Virus record (IMG/VR): IMGVR_UViG_3300043219_000134
Coordinates: 1-59,972 of that record
Strand: one strand, 5' to 3'
DNA length: 59,972 nucleotides
Origin: a virus
Taxonomy: Duplodnaviria; Caudoviricetes
A program made the translations under genes and the position numbers. This document shows positions 46,031 to 56,102 of this stretch, piece after piece. The notes under the pieces were generated by a model. The model was not told the origin of the DNA and ran no database searches. It saw only the letters and a program-made list of their open reading frames with translations. Each line of letters opens with the position of its first letter. Positions within the stretch are counted from its first letter, which is position 1.

Positions 46031-46847
46031 ATTCCGCCTCCATCAGACTTAGTATTTCATCACCATCAGTGTATTTGTTCGCCGTACAAAGTGCTCTTAG
46101 CCCGCTGACTAGAGTCTTAACTTCCTCGGGATCTATTGCCTTTTCCAGTAAGGTATCCTTATCCAGTACCTTCCAAATACGAACCCATCGGCTACCGTCA
46201 TTCACACACAGTCTGTTATGTCTAATCTCAACCCTATTTACATAGCCTGTTCTCTCGATCAAAAAGTACCCATGTTCAGCCTGATCTTTTGAATCTTTGA
46301 TTAGAGCCTTTTTTGCTTCATCATAGGATACATCCAAATATTTAGGGTCGTCTGTACTAACCCATTCGGCTTGTAGGGTATTAACCAAGTCTCCTCGCTC
46401 TGGTTTAATAGATAGCTTTTTTGAGATAGCCTCTATCTTTCTCATAAAACTCTCAATATACTTCATTTGAGCTTCTTCGTCAACCCCAGTAAAATCTATA
46501 GGGTCACTTAAATAGTCATGTTCCGGCTCAGGAGGAACAGTGCTATAGGGTACATATTCTACATTATGATAGTCACTGTATTCAAGTAAATCTGATTCAC
46601 CGTTAAACCCTTTTTGGTAAACCACTTGACCCGCTTTAGACATTCGTACACCAAACCCCGAATAACCATTAATTTCTCTCGCAACCGCTGAATCATTCCA
46701 ATGCTCACTGTATTCAAAAGATAGGAATCCTTCTCTAGAGTACATCTCTCTAAGCTCGGTTTCGTTATGAATACAGTAGCGTTCACTATCTAAATATCTG
46801 TAGACACGATCTTCGGTAATATTTATTATGTCTATTCTCGTTGCCAT
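46014..46847 (-). CDS. Hypothetical protein
   Basis: 277-aa ORF, AAGGAG SD. Confidence 0.75.
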   Translation of the reverse strand: MATRIDIINITEDRVYRYLDSERYCIHNETELREMYSREGFLSFEYSEHWNDSAVAREINGYSGFGVRMSKAGQVVYQKGFNGESDLLEYSDYHNVEYVPYSTVPPEPEHDYLSDPIDFTGVDEEAQMKYIESFMRKIEAISKKLSIKPERGDLVNTLQAEWVSTDDPKYLDVSYDEAKKALIKDSKDQAEHGYFLIERTGYVNRVEIRHNRLCVNDGSRWVRIWKVLDKDTLLEKAIDPEEVKTLVSGLRALCTANKYTDGDEILSLMEAEYVHKD

Positions 46848-47234
46848 CTATTCTCCTTCTTCAACCTCTGTTGAATGCTTGACGGGGGAGTGCCAGTCTA
46901 AAAAGCCCTCAATTGCATACCCGAGCATACTAAGTATAATTATCCCGTTAAAGACCATTATAATTGTATTTCCTATATACTCATATACAGGGTGGGTATT
47001 ATGTAACACCAAAAGTATTACAGCTGAGACTAATCCGAATAGACATTGTCTCCGTCCTATTTTTATGTCCGTCTCTTCTGGAAGAGTAAGACCATCTGTT
47101 TCTGTTGTTTCTTCCGACACTTCGGAATACAACGCTTCGTTCATTGATTTATTTGTTTGAGCTATTTCATGTTTGGAGATATGTGTCACTAATGGTATCA
47201 TCAGTATTAGTAAACTCCAAGCTATAAATATCAT
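46848..47234 (-). CDS. Membrane protein (about 3 TM)
   Basis: Hydrophobic segments; AGGAG SD. Confidence 0.7.
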   Translation of the reverse strand: MIFIAWSLLILMIPLVTHISKHEIAQTNKSMNEALYSEVSEETTETDGLTLPEETDIKIGRRQCLFGLVSAVILLVLHNTHPVYEYIGNTIIMVFNGIIILSMLGYAIEGFLDWHSPVKHSTEVEEGE

Positions 47235-47236
47235 AT

Positions 47237-47698
47237 CTAGCTCCTTTTTGGCATAGGCTTGATTACACAGCTTACGTCGAACGCTTCGAGGTCACGTTTA
47301 ATTTCGTTCATCTCGTCTAATGTTCCCTGTGCAACTCGTGTATAGCCTTGTTTAAAAATCAGATTAGCTTCCCTCTCTGAGAAGTTCATCACGTATTCAA
47401 AGTACGCTGTCGGGTCTGGTTCTCTACAATCTTGAACCGGACACACATGTACTATCAATCTATGTGCATCTTCATTAACTAATTCTCCCCCGTCAGACTT
47501 TATGAATCTAGGTTTTAAATTGTACTTACCTTTCTCCCAAGTCTTAGTTATCCGGTTGGGTTTAGCTTTTAATTTCGCTAATTTAGTCATTTTATTAAGA
47601 TATCTAGAGACTTCTCTCGGAGTACCTTTTATAGAGGTAATATCTAAATTAAGGAGGCTCGCTCTCTTCTCTAGTTTTGCTTTTGTTCTTTTGTTCAT
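47237..47698 (-). CDS. Hypothetical basic protein
   Basis: 153-aa ORF. Confidence 0.7.
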   Translation of the reverse strand: MNKRTKAKLEKRASLLNLDITSIKGTPREVSRYLNKMTKLAKLKAKPNRITKTWEKGKYNLKPRFIKSDGGELVNEDAHRLIVHVCPVQDCREPDPTAYFEYVMNFSEREANLIFKQGYTRVAQGTLDEMNEIKRDLEAFDVSCVIKPMPKRS

Positions 47699-47706
47699 CT
47701 GTCCCC

Positions 47707-48132
47707 CTAAGCCGTTTTGCTATAGGTTCTAGATAGAACCAGCTTTAATCTATAATCTGCCATTGGTTTAGCACCAAATGACAACTTTTTGTCTGCATAA
47801 GAACTAATTTTATGACGTAGCAATATCTCGTTTATTACACTCCGTCTAGTATCTATGTCTTTAATTTTTTGTATTATGACATTTCTTTTAGTTCTTTCAA
47901 GTACTGCCACAATAATTCCAGCCAAAGTCTTTTCGTATTCTTTAGCTTTTTCTGCATTGTACAGTTTAATTTCATTTCTCCTAACAGAAGCTTTATCTGC
48001 CCTAGCAAGCTTTTCAGTACTTGAACAGGGTTTAGGTGCTGTATAGCATTTTTTAGCTCTGTCTCTTCTTCTGTTCTCTTTATGGGCTTGATTCCATAAT
48101 TTCGTCATCAGCATTTTTAGATTTTTTGTCAT
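47707..48132 (-). CDS. Hypothetical basic protein
   Basis: 141-aa ORF. Confidence 0.7.
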   Translation of the reverse strand: MTKNLKMLMTKLWNQAHKENRRRDRAKKCYTAPKPCSSTEKLARADKASVRRNEIKLYNAEKAKEYEKTLAGIIVAVLERTKRNVIIQKIKDIDTRRSVINEILLRHKISSYADKKLSFGAKPMADYRLKLVLSRTYSKTA

Positions 48133-48328
48133 TAAATAGTTCCTTTAAAGACTTAACTTGTCGTTCAAGTTTCTTTATTTTGTAGACGTTAAAAAACTCA
48201 AATAGGAACAGTAACATTGTGGTAGAAGTAAATAGATACCCATAGTCGGGTATCTTTGTATTATAGATAACTTCTGTCAGTTCACGTATAGTATACATAA
48301 ACTGGTTCATTAATAGAGGAAACGTCAT
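48080..48328 (-). CDS. Small membrane protein
   Basis: 82 aa, one TM. Confidence 0.6.
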   Translation of the reverse strand: MTFPLLMNQFMYTIRELTEVIYNTKIPDYGYLFTSTTMLLFLFEFFNVYKIKKLERQVKSLKELFNDKKSKNADDEIMESSP

Positions 48329-48558
48329 GGCACTCCTTTGAAGATTATCGTAATCTCCGTATATAGCTCCTCAGAGCTTAGTTTCAGAACTTCCTTTGAA
48401 TAAAGCCCCTGTGAGGCTAGATACAATAAATAGTACTGAATGTAAGAATCGTCTAAAAGATCATAGTACTTGAATAGAAACGAGGGACAATCCTCAACGT
48501 TCAAACCGAAAATAATTTCTTTGCCCCATTCACTTAATACATCTTTAAAATCCGCCAT
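48325..48558 (-). CDS. Hypothetical protein
   Basis: 77-aa ORF. Confidence 0.65.
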   Translation of the reverse strand: MADFKDVLSEWGKEIIFGLNVEDCPSFLFKYYDLLDDSYIQYYLLYLASQGLYSKEVLKLSSEELYTEITIIFKGVP

Positions 48559-48561
48559 TAC

Positions 48562-49041
48562 CTAGTAACAAGCCTTTACAAACTTTTTAGCTTTCTCTAC
48601 AACTTTATCACAGTCGTCATCGTCTTCTAAGTCCGGTTCTTCTTTTTCAAACCAGTTAAGGAAACTGTACATTGCCTTAGCCTGTTTAGAATTGTCAAAC
48701 TTACCATATTCATTACCAACTGAATAGTGGTTCTTACCGGAACTATGACTATTTTTGTGTCCCTTTTTATCGGAACCCTTTACTTCAACTAATTTGAAAG
48801 TTTTACCACATGAACATTTAACTGTTCCATGTGTGCCGAAGTCTGCTCTAGCGAAAAGTTGTGGGAATGGTATGTTCTTTACCATTGCGTAAACGCCCTT
48901 TTCAGCGATAGAAACCAGTTGCCCTTCGACACCTTTTGAATCTTTTTTGTCTTTATAAAATGTACCTGTCTTACCTAAGTTAGATACATAACCTTTGTAG
49001 TCAAATCTGTCTTTATTATTTGAGTGTTCTCTCTTCTTCAC
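48562..49041 (-). CDS. Hypothetical protein
   Basis: 159-aa ORF, GTG start. Confidence 0.65.
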   Translation of the reverse strand: MKKREHSNNKDRFDYKGYVSNLGKTGTFYKDKKDSKGVEGQLVSIAEKGVYAMVKNIPFPQLFARADFGTHGTVKCSCGKTFKLVEVKGSDKKGHKNSHSSGKNHYSVGNEYGKFDNSKQAKAMYSFLNWFEKEEPDLEDDDDCDKVVEKAKKFVKACY

Positions 49042-50620
49042 TGTCTTTTCCTTTTAGGACAGTTCCGGTGTCTAACACAGCCATAAGCGACGCTAATTGT
49101 GCAGAGTCGTCTTTTGGTATTGATACGATTAACATGTTGTCAACGTTTTCCTGATAAACTTTCGTTGTAACTCTTAGAAGTCCCGATACGGAACCTTGCA
49201 TAGCTATAACGTCATTGTGAATGGAAATACGTTCCCCATTTTCAAAGTTAAAACTTAACCATCTATAGTCAGTCTTTACATTGTCGAGGTCGATTGGGGA
49301 TGCGAAGAACGCCATTTGTTGATTCAGATGATTCCAAACCAGTATAGTAACGTATTCTTGCTCTCTTGTTAAATTTCTGATTGCTGTATCATAACCAACA
49401 GGCTTTGAAAAACTACCCGAACGTTTGTCCGTTAATAGTTTATCAGCAACTTTTTCAACGTCTTTCACGTCTTTAAGTTTTACTGTTGGTGATGCAGTTA
49501 TTCCATCAGGAAGATCGAGGGAGATGTATCTATATCCCCTTCTTATTTTTTTGGCTTTACCATCATGACCCGTTCCGTCTATAAGGATTGTATTAACGTT
49601 TTTTCCACCTTGTAGACCGACAAAAGTTCCGGTAAGATTTAATTTCTTTTCACTCTTTTTATTCCAGCAGTGAACTGTTCTCGAATGCATATGCATCAAA
49701 GTTGGCATCATCTTATCGAACTTCTTATATAGCTCCATAAGGGTGTTTGCTCTCCTCAGACGAGCATCTGTTAAACGCTTGTCATACTCTTGGCGAGCTA
49801 CCACTACTTCTTCTGGTGTCATTTTCGAGGTGTCAGGTCTTTCAATGTCAGTAAACGGTATCTCTCTAGAATTACCATTATCATCAAAACCAAGGTTAGC
49901 GTGTAATTCAATTTTACCACCAGCAGGGTGTTCAACTGAACCATGCGACTTTAACCATCCTCTGTCTATGAAGGTTTCTACAAACCACGGCACTTCACCC
50001 TTACCCCAAGGTAATGGACTTTTTTCTTCAACTTTAGGTTCTACTTTAGACGTTGTTGTCCCGTCGCTACTATCTTTATCCGGTAAGTCAGTGGGGTTGG
50101 AACCCTCCGACTCGGTAGCCGACTCAGTCTCAGACGGATCACTGGATATGACCTCTGTCTTTTCATTCTCTCGTTCCTTAGTTGAATCTTCCGCCAGCTT
50201 ATTCTTGAAGGTATTATACTTTTCCATACCCTCTTCATAATTGCTGTCTCTTGCTTCTGCTTCAATTGCTTTTTTGCCTTTTTTCTCTTCCTGTGAATCT
50301 GTATCACATGGAGCCGGAGTCGCGGTCACAAGGGGGATGTTTTCACAACCTTTTCCCTCACAAGGCGAACTCTTTGCTCCATCTAATACCTCAGACGACT
50401 TTTCGTCTTTTGCTGTATCTACAGCCGGAGGAGTTTCGTTTTCGATTACCATTACTGGTATCTCTTTTTTCGCTTTTACTTTGTCAGAAGCCTTTTTAGA
50501 CTCGATAAGAAGGTAATGCGCATCTATTCTCTCTTGCAAGAGTCTAGCCTCATTTGTCTTACCTGCTTTTTTAAGTCGTTTGACTTCTTTTTTACTTGAT
50601 CTAACTTCTTGTTGTTTCAT
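49016..50620 (-). CDS. Hypothetical protein with disordered charged N-terminal half
   Basis: 534-aa ORF, AAGGA SD. Confidence 0.8.
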   Translation of the reverse strand: MKQQEVRSSKKEVKRLKKAGKTNEARLLQERIDAHYLLIESKKASDKVKAKKEIPVMVIENETPPAVDTAKDEKSSEVLDGAKSSPCEGKGCENIPLVTATPAPCDTDSQEEKKGKKAIEAEARDSNYEEGMEKYNTFKNKLAEDSTKERENEKTEVISSDPSETESATESEGSNPTDLPDKDSSDGTTTSKVEPKVEEKSPLPWGKGEVPWFVETFIDRGWLKSHGSVEHPAGGKIELHANLGFDDNGNSREIPFTDIERPDTSKMTPEEVVVARQEYDKRLTDARLRRANTLMELYKKFDKMMPTLMHMHSRTVHCWNKKSEKKLNLTGTFVGLQGGKNVNTILIDGTGHDGKAKKIRRGYRYISLDLPDGITASPTVKLKDVKDVEKVADKLLTDKRSGSFSKPVGYDTAIRNLTREQEYVTILVWNHLNQQMAFFASPIDLDNVKTDYRWLSFNFENGERISIHNDVIAMQGSVSGLLRVTTKVYQENVDNMLIVSIPKDDSAQLASLMAVLDTGTVLKGKDSEEERTLK

Positions 50621-50636
50621 TTTAGTTCCTTACTGT

Positions 50637-50951
50637 CTATACAGTTATTTTTAATTGATCTTTAACCAACACAGGGTCGCCATTTTTTAAAGTCTTATTT
50701 CTATACGTAACTTTAAAACCTTTTCTTCTCAGTAGTTCTGCATCTGCATCACTTAACCCTCTTACATAGAACTCGGTCTGTCCGAATCTTTTGGAGTTTT
50801 TTCTGATTTTCTTATTGAGCTTTCTTAAATCCTTACTCAATTGTCCCACTTCGGCATACTGTTTAACTTCCTCTCTAGAAACGAAGTCAGGTTCTTTACA
50901 ACCGTAGTCTAATACTACTTTTTTGTTACCGATAGGTATTTCAAATCTCAT
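50637..50951 (-). CDS. Hypothetical protein
   Basis: 104-aa ORF. Confidence 0.7.
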   Translation of the reverse strand: MRFEIPIGNKKVVLDYGCKEPDFVSREEVKQYAEVGQLSKDLRKLNKKIRKNSKRFGQTEFYVRGLSDADAELLRRKGFKVTYRNKTLKNGDPVLVKDQLKITV

Positions 50952-50954
50952 TTT

Positions 50955-52100
50955 TTAGTCCTTTAGTAGCACTTCGCTACCTAGTAAGTATGCATCCTTA
51001 GTGATTCTGAACACCTCAATTTCAGTTACATACTTGTTTATCTTCTGTATCATAGTGCTGTCATTCAGCGTATATGAACCCCAAATCCACTTCTCTTGTT
51101 TTCGCTTGTACCGGAATCTAAACTCCTCGAAAACATAGACTTTATCCGATATACTGCCGTATTGTCTTACTCTATACGTTTCAGTCGGCATCACCTCAAC
51201 GAACCCGTATCCTAAAATGTGGGGATAATCCATATCCGAAAGATAAGCCGTCGCTTTAACCTTTCTTAGACTCTCCATTAGATTAAAGGAACTATCATTT
51301 CTGATAAAAAGCTCCCTAGAGTCTTTGACCTCTTCTCGTAAGAGATCGATCTTTAGAAGACGTTCATCTATTAAAAAGATTAGTTCTTCTATCTTATTGA
51401 ATGCATATCTTAACCCGATCGTTATATCTTTTCTCTTAAAAGGGCTTCCAGTCTCACTAAGATTTTTGCGCATTCCTTTTAGCTCACTAAGAGCTACAGC
51501 CGTATTCTCTCCGATACTTAAAGTATTCACTATAGTTCCGACGATACCTATTTGATAGTCGAAGTCATAGTTTTTAAATCCTGTATTCAAGGCATCATAG
51601 TAAACTCTTAAAGTAAAACTAATATTAGATAGGCTCATACTCATTAGCATGTGTTCACTTAACCTAAAAATTGTTTGCTTCAAATAGTTTGCTTCATCAC
51701 TCTTGACGGGGGAGAATAAGCTTGTTAAATTATATAATAACTTCAACTCCGATACCATTTCTAAAAAGAACTGGGGAGTCATAGGCGAAATATGTTTAAT
51801 TTGGGAGTAAAATCTATCCTCGAAATACTTAACGCCCATATTAAATGAGAGTTTATTTATTGTGCCCTTATCATACAAGTGAATTGCTTCAATTATATGG
51901 TCTTGAACTATTATGTCGGTCTGTTTCCAATCATCCTTGTAGAAGGAGGGTAAAACGATATCGTTATTGAAACAGCCAGTAAGAACCAATAAGAATAAGG
52001 ATATAAAAAGTACGCCCAAGCTTGTTAACGAAGTCTTTAGTAGGTATTTACTTCTTGTCTTTTTGTTCAGGAGTGGATTTGTCTTTTTTGTTTTTATCAT
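50955..52100 (-). CDS. Putative lipoprotein
   Basis: Basic N-terminus, hydrophobic core, lipobox LTGC. Confidence 0.65.
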   Translation of the reverse strand: MIKTKKTNPLLNKKTRSKYLLKTSLTSLGVLFISLFLLVLTGCFNNDIVLPSFYKDDWKQTDIIVQDHIIEAIHLYDKGTINKLSFNMGVKYFEDRFYSQIKHISPMTPQFFLEMVSELKLLYNLTSLFSPVKSDEANYLKQTIFRLSEHMLMSMSLSNISFTLRVYYDALNTGFKNYDFDYQIGIVGTIVNTLSIGENTAVALSELKGMRKNLSETGSPFKRKDITIGLRYAFNKIEELIFLIDERLLKIDLLREEVKDSRELFIRNDSSFNLMESLRKVKATAYLSDMDYPHILGYGFVEVMPTETYRVRQYGSISDKVYVFEEFRFRYKRKQEKWIWGSYTLNDSTMIQKINKYVTEIEVFRITKDAYLLGSEVLLKD

Positions 52101-53121
52101 TTGATCTCCCCCTAGTATTATTCTTCGGCGGTGTACTTACGGACGGTTTAGCTTTAGGCTTTACCTTTGACTTATTAACGTCAGTCTCCCCCGTCGAGTT
52201 GGGAGACTTTTTGGTCTTTTTAGGCGCCTTAGCCGTCATTATATATTTTAGAATCTTCTTTAAGACACCACCAGCCAGAGCTTTATTGGTATCCTGTATT
52301 GAAGTTTCTTCTATAATGTCGCCCGGTTTTTGAGTAAGCTCCTTAGCCTTTAGAGCTTCAAGTTTAAGAGTCCGTCTAATGTCCTTTTTTCTCTTGATAT
52401 CATCGATAAAAAGTGAAAAGGTCATAGGCTCTTTAGGATTGATCGGTGCTGGCTCAGTTACCGGAGTATTATTTAAAGGTTTTTTCTTGTCCTCAACTAT
52501 TGGAGTAGTCTCTGGTTTTTTGTTAGTCTCTTTAGTAGAAGGTTTTTTAGGTTCTTCTTTTTTAACTGACGTTAAAGGTATGGTTTTTGTAGTTTTCGGC
52601 TTTCGGTTAAGTACTGCTTTTTGTATATTATAGAGTATAAAACAGATTATTAAACCGAAGGTAAGTAATTTACCGAATAGTGTAATTTTATCTATAGTAG
52701 ACTCTAATTTAGCGTACTTAATAACGTCAGCTTCACTAGCGACCATTGACTCGTAGAGTTGCATCTCGTATCCGGCTATTACAGATTCAAAGTGTTTAAT
52801 AGTTGCTTTGTCCTGTTTGGTTACTCGAGCGTGCTCTTTAGTTATATTTGTGTAGGCTGTTCTCTCAGTATCGATAAGATACTTTAATTCTTCATTCATT
52901 TCTTTAAAGAAGACAGCTCTTTTTTCTGATTGTTCCGCGTCTTTTTCGGAGTACCCTGAAATCTTTGCATAATGGTTTTTCATACTAATTTCATGGGTAA
53001 GTTGTTCCTTCAAGATATTATTCTCTATTGACGTAATATCCATCATAGAGAATACTTGCGCATGACTAGCCCAAGTGATACTTAGAGCTAATAAAATAAT
53101 GTACATAAATTTCTTCATCAT
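52048..53121 (-). CDS. Exported/membrane protein
   Basis: Signal peptide (SHA-Q), coiled coil, TM, Lys/Pro-rich tail. Confidence 0.7.
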   Translation of the reverse strand: MMKKFMYIILLALSITWASHAQVFSMMDITSIENNILKEQLTHEISMKNHYAKISGYSEKDAEQSEKRAVFFKEMNEELKYLIDTERTAYTNITKEHARVTKQDKATIKHFESVIAGYEMQLYESMVASEADVIKYAKLESTIDKITLFGKLLTFGLIICFILYNIQKAVLNRKPKTTKTIPLTSVKKEEPKKPSTKETNKKPETTPIVEDKKKPLNNTPVTEPAPINPKEPMTFSLFIDDIKRKKDIRRTLKLEALKAKELTQKPGDIIEETSIQDTNKALAGGVLKKILKYIMTAKAPKKTKKSPNSTGETDVNKSKVKPKAKPSVSTPPKNNTRGRSNDKNKKDKSTPEQKDKK

Positions 53122-53170
53122 ATTGTCCTTTAGTAGCCTATGCTACTCGTTGCGTAATCTCTCTAGATTA

Positions 53171-53662
53171 CTAATCTTTATAGTACTCGAGGCGTTCACC
53201 AAACTTGAACTTATCTAACTCGTCGTCAGTCAGTTCGGTCATGAGTGAACCTTCAATACGTTCCATAGAAGTATTTAGTAGAACATATCTAACACCTTTT
53301 GAAGCGTCAAACTTCATTTCTATGTAGATACCTACTTGGTCGTTGTTGTCAGACATTCGATACATCTTGTGCGGTACAAAACATGAGCCTTGTGGCTTAA
53401 CATTGTCCATTTCTACGAAGATGTAATCTACCATTACTGGTATATCAGAATACATGGTTGTTACCGCGAATCTCATATCATCTGTTAATACGGCATTGAT
53501 CTCTTTTCCGTGACCACCTATAACAACTTGAAGGAACGCTTGATTCTGTTCACACAGATTTAACGCTCCCTTGTCGTCTTCTAGATACTTATACAGTAAA
53601 CTTACTGCATAATCGTCTTTGATGGTGATTTTCACCTTTTGTACTGTTTCTTCTTTGCTCAT
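53171..53662 (-). CDS. Hypothetical protein
   Basis: 163-aa ORF with AGGAGG SD. Confidence 0.8.
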   Translation of the reverse strand: MSKEETVQKVKITIKDDYAVSLLYKYLEDDKGALNLCEQNQAFLQVVIGGHGKEINAVLTDDMRFAVTTMYSDIPVMVDYIFVEMDNVKPQGSCFVPHKMYRMSDNNDQVGIYIEMKFDASKGVRYVLLNTSMERIEGSLMTELTDDELDKFKFGERLEYYKD

Positions 53663-53742
53663 TCTTGAGCCTCCTAAATAATTGGATTTAGTCGCCTATG
53701 CAACTAAAGAAAGAGAGCCTGTCGTCGAAAACTGCTCTCTAA

Positions 53743-53789
53743 ACTACTAGTGGGGACTCGAACCCCATGTACTCCACCGTTCTAGTAGT
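53743..53789 (-). ncRNA. tRNA-like minihelix
   Basis: ACTACTAG...TGGGG-TTCGAGT-CCCCA-CTAGTAGT. Confidence 0.7.
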
Positions 53790-53841
53790 AGTGATTACCT
53801 TTTCACGTTTGTATTCATCCGAGGGAGGTATACCCTCTATG

Positions 53842-53882
53842 GGAAAAGGCGGAATCGAACCGCCGATTAAAAACCTTATTCC
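53842..53882 (-). ncRNA. tRNA-like minihelix
   Basis: GGAATA...GGCGG-TTCGATT-CCGCC-TTTTCC. Confidence 0.65.
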
Positions 53883-53883
53883 G

Positions 53884-54306
53884 TTAAATCTTTTTTACGA
53901 GTGTAATTAAAAAAGTTGAGCTACCAAACCATTGTTCCTCAAAATTCCTTGCTTCTTTTTCTGTAGCAAAGGTTTTTATTGTTGAAGGGACTGCTTCAAC
54001 AAGATCTTTTGCTTCTTTAAGACCAAGACCAGTTGCTCCACGAATAACTTTAAGTGTAGGAATTATCATTCCATCAGTGAACTTTACAAATCTCACAGCC
54101 CACTCTTCTCTAAAAGTTGGGTTGTCTACTGCGGGTAAGTCTTCCTCTTTAATTACTTTACGAGTTAACGTAATGTCGTACTCTGAACTAAGTAGTTCTG
54201 CGTATTTTAAGGTGCTTTTTAAAGATACACAAAATGTAGCTATAGAGTCCAGTTCAGTTCTGTCTCTAAGTTTTACTAATTCATCTTTTATTTCGTTTGT
54301 TGTCAT
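53884..54306 (-). CDS. Protein with ribosomal bL12 (L7/L12) CTD-like domain
   Basis: IPTLKVIRGATGLGLKEAKDLVEAVPSTIK...EKEA. Confidence 0.8.
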   Translation of the reverse strand: MTTNEIKDELVKLRDRTELDSIATFCVSLKSTLKYAELLSSEYDITLTRKVIKEEDLPAVDNPTFREEWAVRFVKFTDGMIIPTLKVIRGATGLGLKEAKDLVEAVPSTIKTFATEKEARNFEEQWFGSSTFLITLVKKI

Positions 54307-54803
54307 TTTCGCTCCTCGAAAAAGCCCTTCTCTAAGGACTTGTATTCAGCTAAAATGTACTTTTCAGCAGTACCCAATGCCCGGACTCGATAAGCCCACG
54401 CAACTGTCTCCCCAAGCTGTTTCCTAGTCAGCCTAGTTGCTTTGTCAGCTTGTATAAGAGATAGTATATATATAGGCTCGAATTGGTAATACTTACTTAG
54501 CATTATTACATAACGCATAGTCTCGTCGGTTATTAGTATTTCCCCATAGATAGGATCGTGTATTATTGTATCTACGTAGGGTTTTTTCATTATAGGCACA
54601 GGTGTAAAGATTGTACCTATCCGTTTATCTTCATACTTAGTCTTAAGTACGTCATAGTAAGGGTCATTTAGGACTCGACCCTTGTCTAAATCCCAAGCCA
54701 ATACCGCAATTGAATAGTACTCCTTAGTAATTCTATTCTCTGGATATGGACTTGCCGATAGTAGTAAAAAGACTATACCTAAAAAGGTCAATACTCGTTT
54801 CAT
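54303..54803 (-). CDS. Exported protein
   Basis: MKRVLTFLGIVFLLLSA signal peptide; GGAGG SD. Confidence 0.7.
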   Translation of the reverse strand: MKRVLTFLGIVFLLLSASPYPENRITKEYYSIAVLAWDLDKGRVLNDPYYDVLKTKYEDKRIGTIFTPVPIMKKPYVDTIIHDPIYGEILITDETMRYVIMLSKYYQFEPIYILSLIQADKATRLTRKQLGETVAWAYRVRALGTAEKYILAEYKSLEKGFFEERK

Positions 54804-54967
54804 AGTCCCTCCGTTATCACTACGAGCATCAGTAAGATTACGTAAACCTCTCCAAGAATAAAAAAACATCTAATCATTGGATCATTGGTTTCGACAAAGG
54901 ATACTATAGCCAAAACAGTGAAGGCTGCCCCACATAACATTATGAAAATAAATAAAGCTATTAACAT
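54800..54967 (-). CDS. Small membrane protein
   Basis: 55 aa, two TM; AAGGAG SD. Confidence 0.65.
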   Translation of the reverse strand: MLIALFIFIMLCGAAFTVLAIVSFVETNDPMIRCFFILGEVYVILLMLVVITEGL

Positions 54968-54999
54968 ATTTACTCCTTTGATGCCTATGCACCAAGTAA

Positions 55000-55063
55000 A
55001 GCTAGTCGAGGGACTCGAACCCTGCAAGCAAACACCATATAAGCTCTCAACCAGAAACTAACT
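55000..55063 (-). ncRNA. tRNA-like minihelix
   Basis: AGTTAGTT...AGGG-TTCGAGT-CCCT-C-GACTAGCT. Confidence 0.6.
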
Positions 55064-55146
55064 GTGGGATATCTCCCACATAGATAGTAGTAAAAACAGT
55101 GACTTTTCGTCTAAGGTAGCCACCACCTGATTTTTATTTAGTACAT

Positions 55147-55467
55147 CTAAGATATACTGTGCCAAGACCTAATAAAGTTTAAGTCTCGCCTGTTTATCGA
55201 TACACGTTGATGGGGTTCAACCCCACTAGGCACGATTTCGCTACCCTCCGTAAAGCCTAAGCCCTTACTTAATAGGTACAGATGAATATAATATGATCTT
55301 ATCGATTTTATTATATATTCCTTACTCGTCGTCGGACTCCTTGCCCGATAGAGAATCACGGTGCAAACCTCGGTTTGTGTTCCATGACGTATTACCTCTT
55401 CTTCCAGGGATGTGTTGCAAGACACAATCAGAAAAGATATTAAAAGAGTTATTAGTAGTTTTAGCAT
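55147..55467 (-). CDS. Putative lipoprotein
   Basis: MLKLLITLLISFLIVSC; AAGGAGG SD. Confidence 0.65.
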   Translation of the reverse strand: MLKLLITLLISFLIVSCNTSLEEEVIRHGTQTEVCTVILYRARSPTTSKEYIIKSIRSYYIHLYLLSKGLGFTEGSEIVPSGVEPHQRVSINRRDLNFIRSWHSIS

Positions 55468-55483
55468 AACTACCTCCTTTATG

Positions 55484-55525
55484 GAGAAAATGGGAATCGA
55501 ACCCAAACTTATGTACCAACTTCTC
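55484..55525 (-). ncRNA. tRNA-like minihelix
   Basis: GAGAAG...TGGG-TTCGATT-CCCA-TTTTCTC. Confidence 0.65.
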
Positions 55526-55715
55526 TAAATGCAAACTTAAGCAATTCTATAGATACTACGTAACCTTCATAACCTTCTGCGCTTATATATACAGTAGTAG
55601 TTTCTTCAATGCTTATTATTTTGTCTATACTCATTTTAGTCCCTTTAGGAACATCTTCTCGTCTTGCTCTAGACGAGTCTGGTTCTAATACCATGTCATA
55701 TTTTGCTTCAAACAT
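55509..55715 (-). CDS. Hypothetical protein
   Basis: 68-aa ORF with AAGGAG SD. Confidence 0.7.
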   Translation of the reverse strand: MFEAKYDMVLEPDSSRARREDVPKGTKMSIDKIISIEETTTVYISAEGYEGYVVSIELLKFAFREVGT

Positions 55716-55731
55716 TATTTACTCCTTTATT

Positions 55732-55774
55732 AGTCAAGGGGGAGTCGAACCCCCACTAGATCACCAGATTAACT
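55732..55774 (-). ncRNA. tRNA-like minihelix
   Basis: AGTTAA...GGGGG-TTCGACT-CCCCC-TTGACT. Confidence 0.7.
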
Positions 55775-56094
55775 TAAGTATAGAACTCAATACCTTCTGG
55801 AAGGTCTAAGCCCATTGCTTTACCAGTTGCAATGATAACTTTGAACAACTCGTTCAAATCATCCGTTGCAAACTCTTCGGTTAGCTCCGGTGTAAGAAGT
55901 GCCTTCGGTGCGAATCTAAAAGCAAGGTTTCTCACTTCTTTTTCGTTCTGAAACTTCACCTCGATAGGTGCATTGTCCCCTAACTGAACTGTAACAATTG
56001 CACTGCAAGCGTTGTTACTTAAAACTTTCTTTGCAGGGATTGATGAATTACCACCACCAATTGGCTCTCTTGTATTTAATACTCTAATTTCCAT
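55774..56094 (-). CDS. Hypothetical protein
   Basis: 106-aa ORF with AGGAG SD. Confidence 0.75.
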   Translation of the reverse strand: MEIRVLNTREPIGGGNSSIPAKKVLSNNACSAIVTVQLGDNAPIEVKFQNEKEVRNLAFRFAPKALLTPELTEEFATDDLNELFKVIIATGKAMGLDLPEGIEFYT

Positions 56095-56102
56095 TTTGTC
56101 TC

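Noticed and set aside
49743-50516. Antisense ORFs here and elsewhere (e.g. 5642-6079, 29744-30139, 57649-57876)
   Set aside because: Shadows of real genes or of the non-coding leader; no SD, atypical composition, opposite to operon direction.
55210-55226. TGGGG-TTCAA-CCCCA as another T-arm element
   Set aside because: Five-base loop, wrong strand, inside a CDS, no acceptor-like stem.
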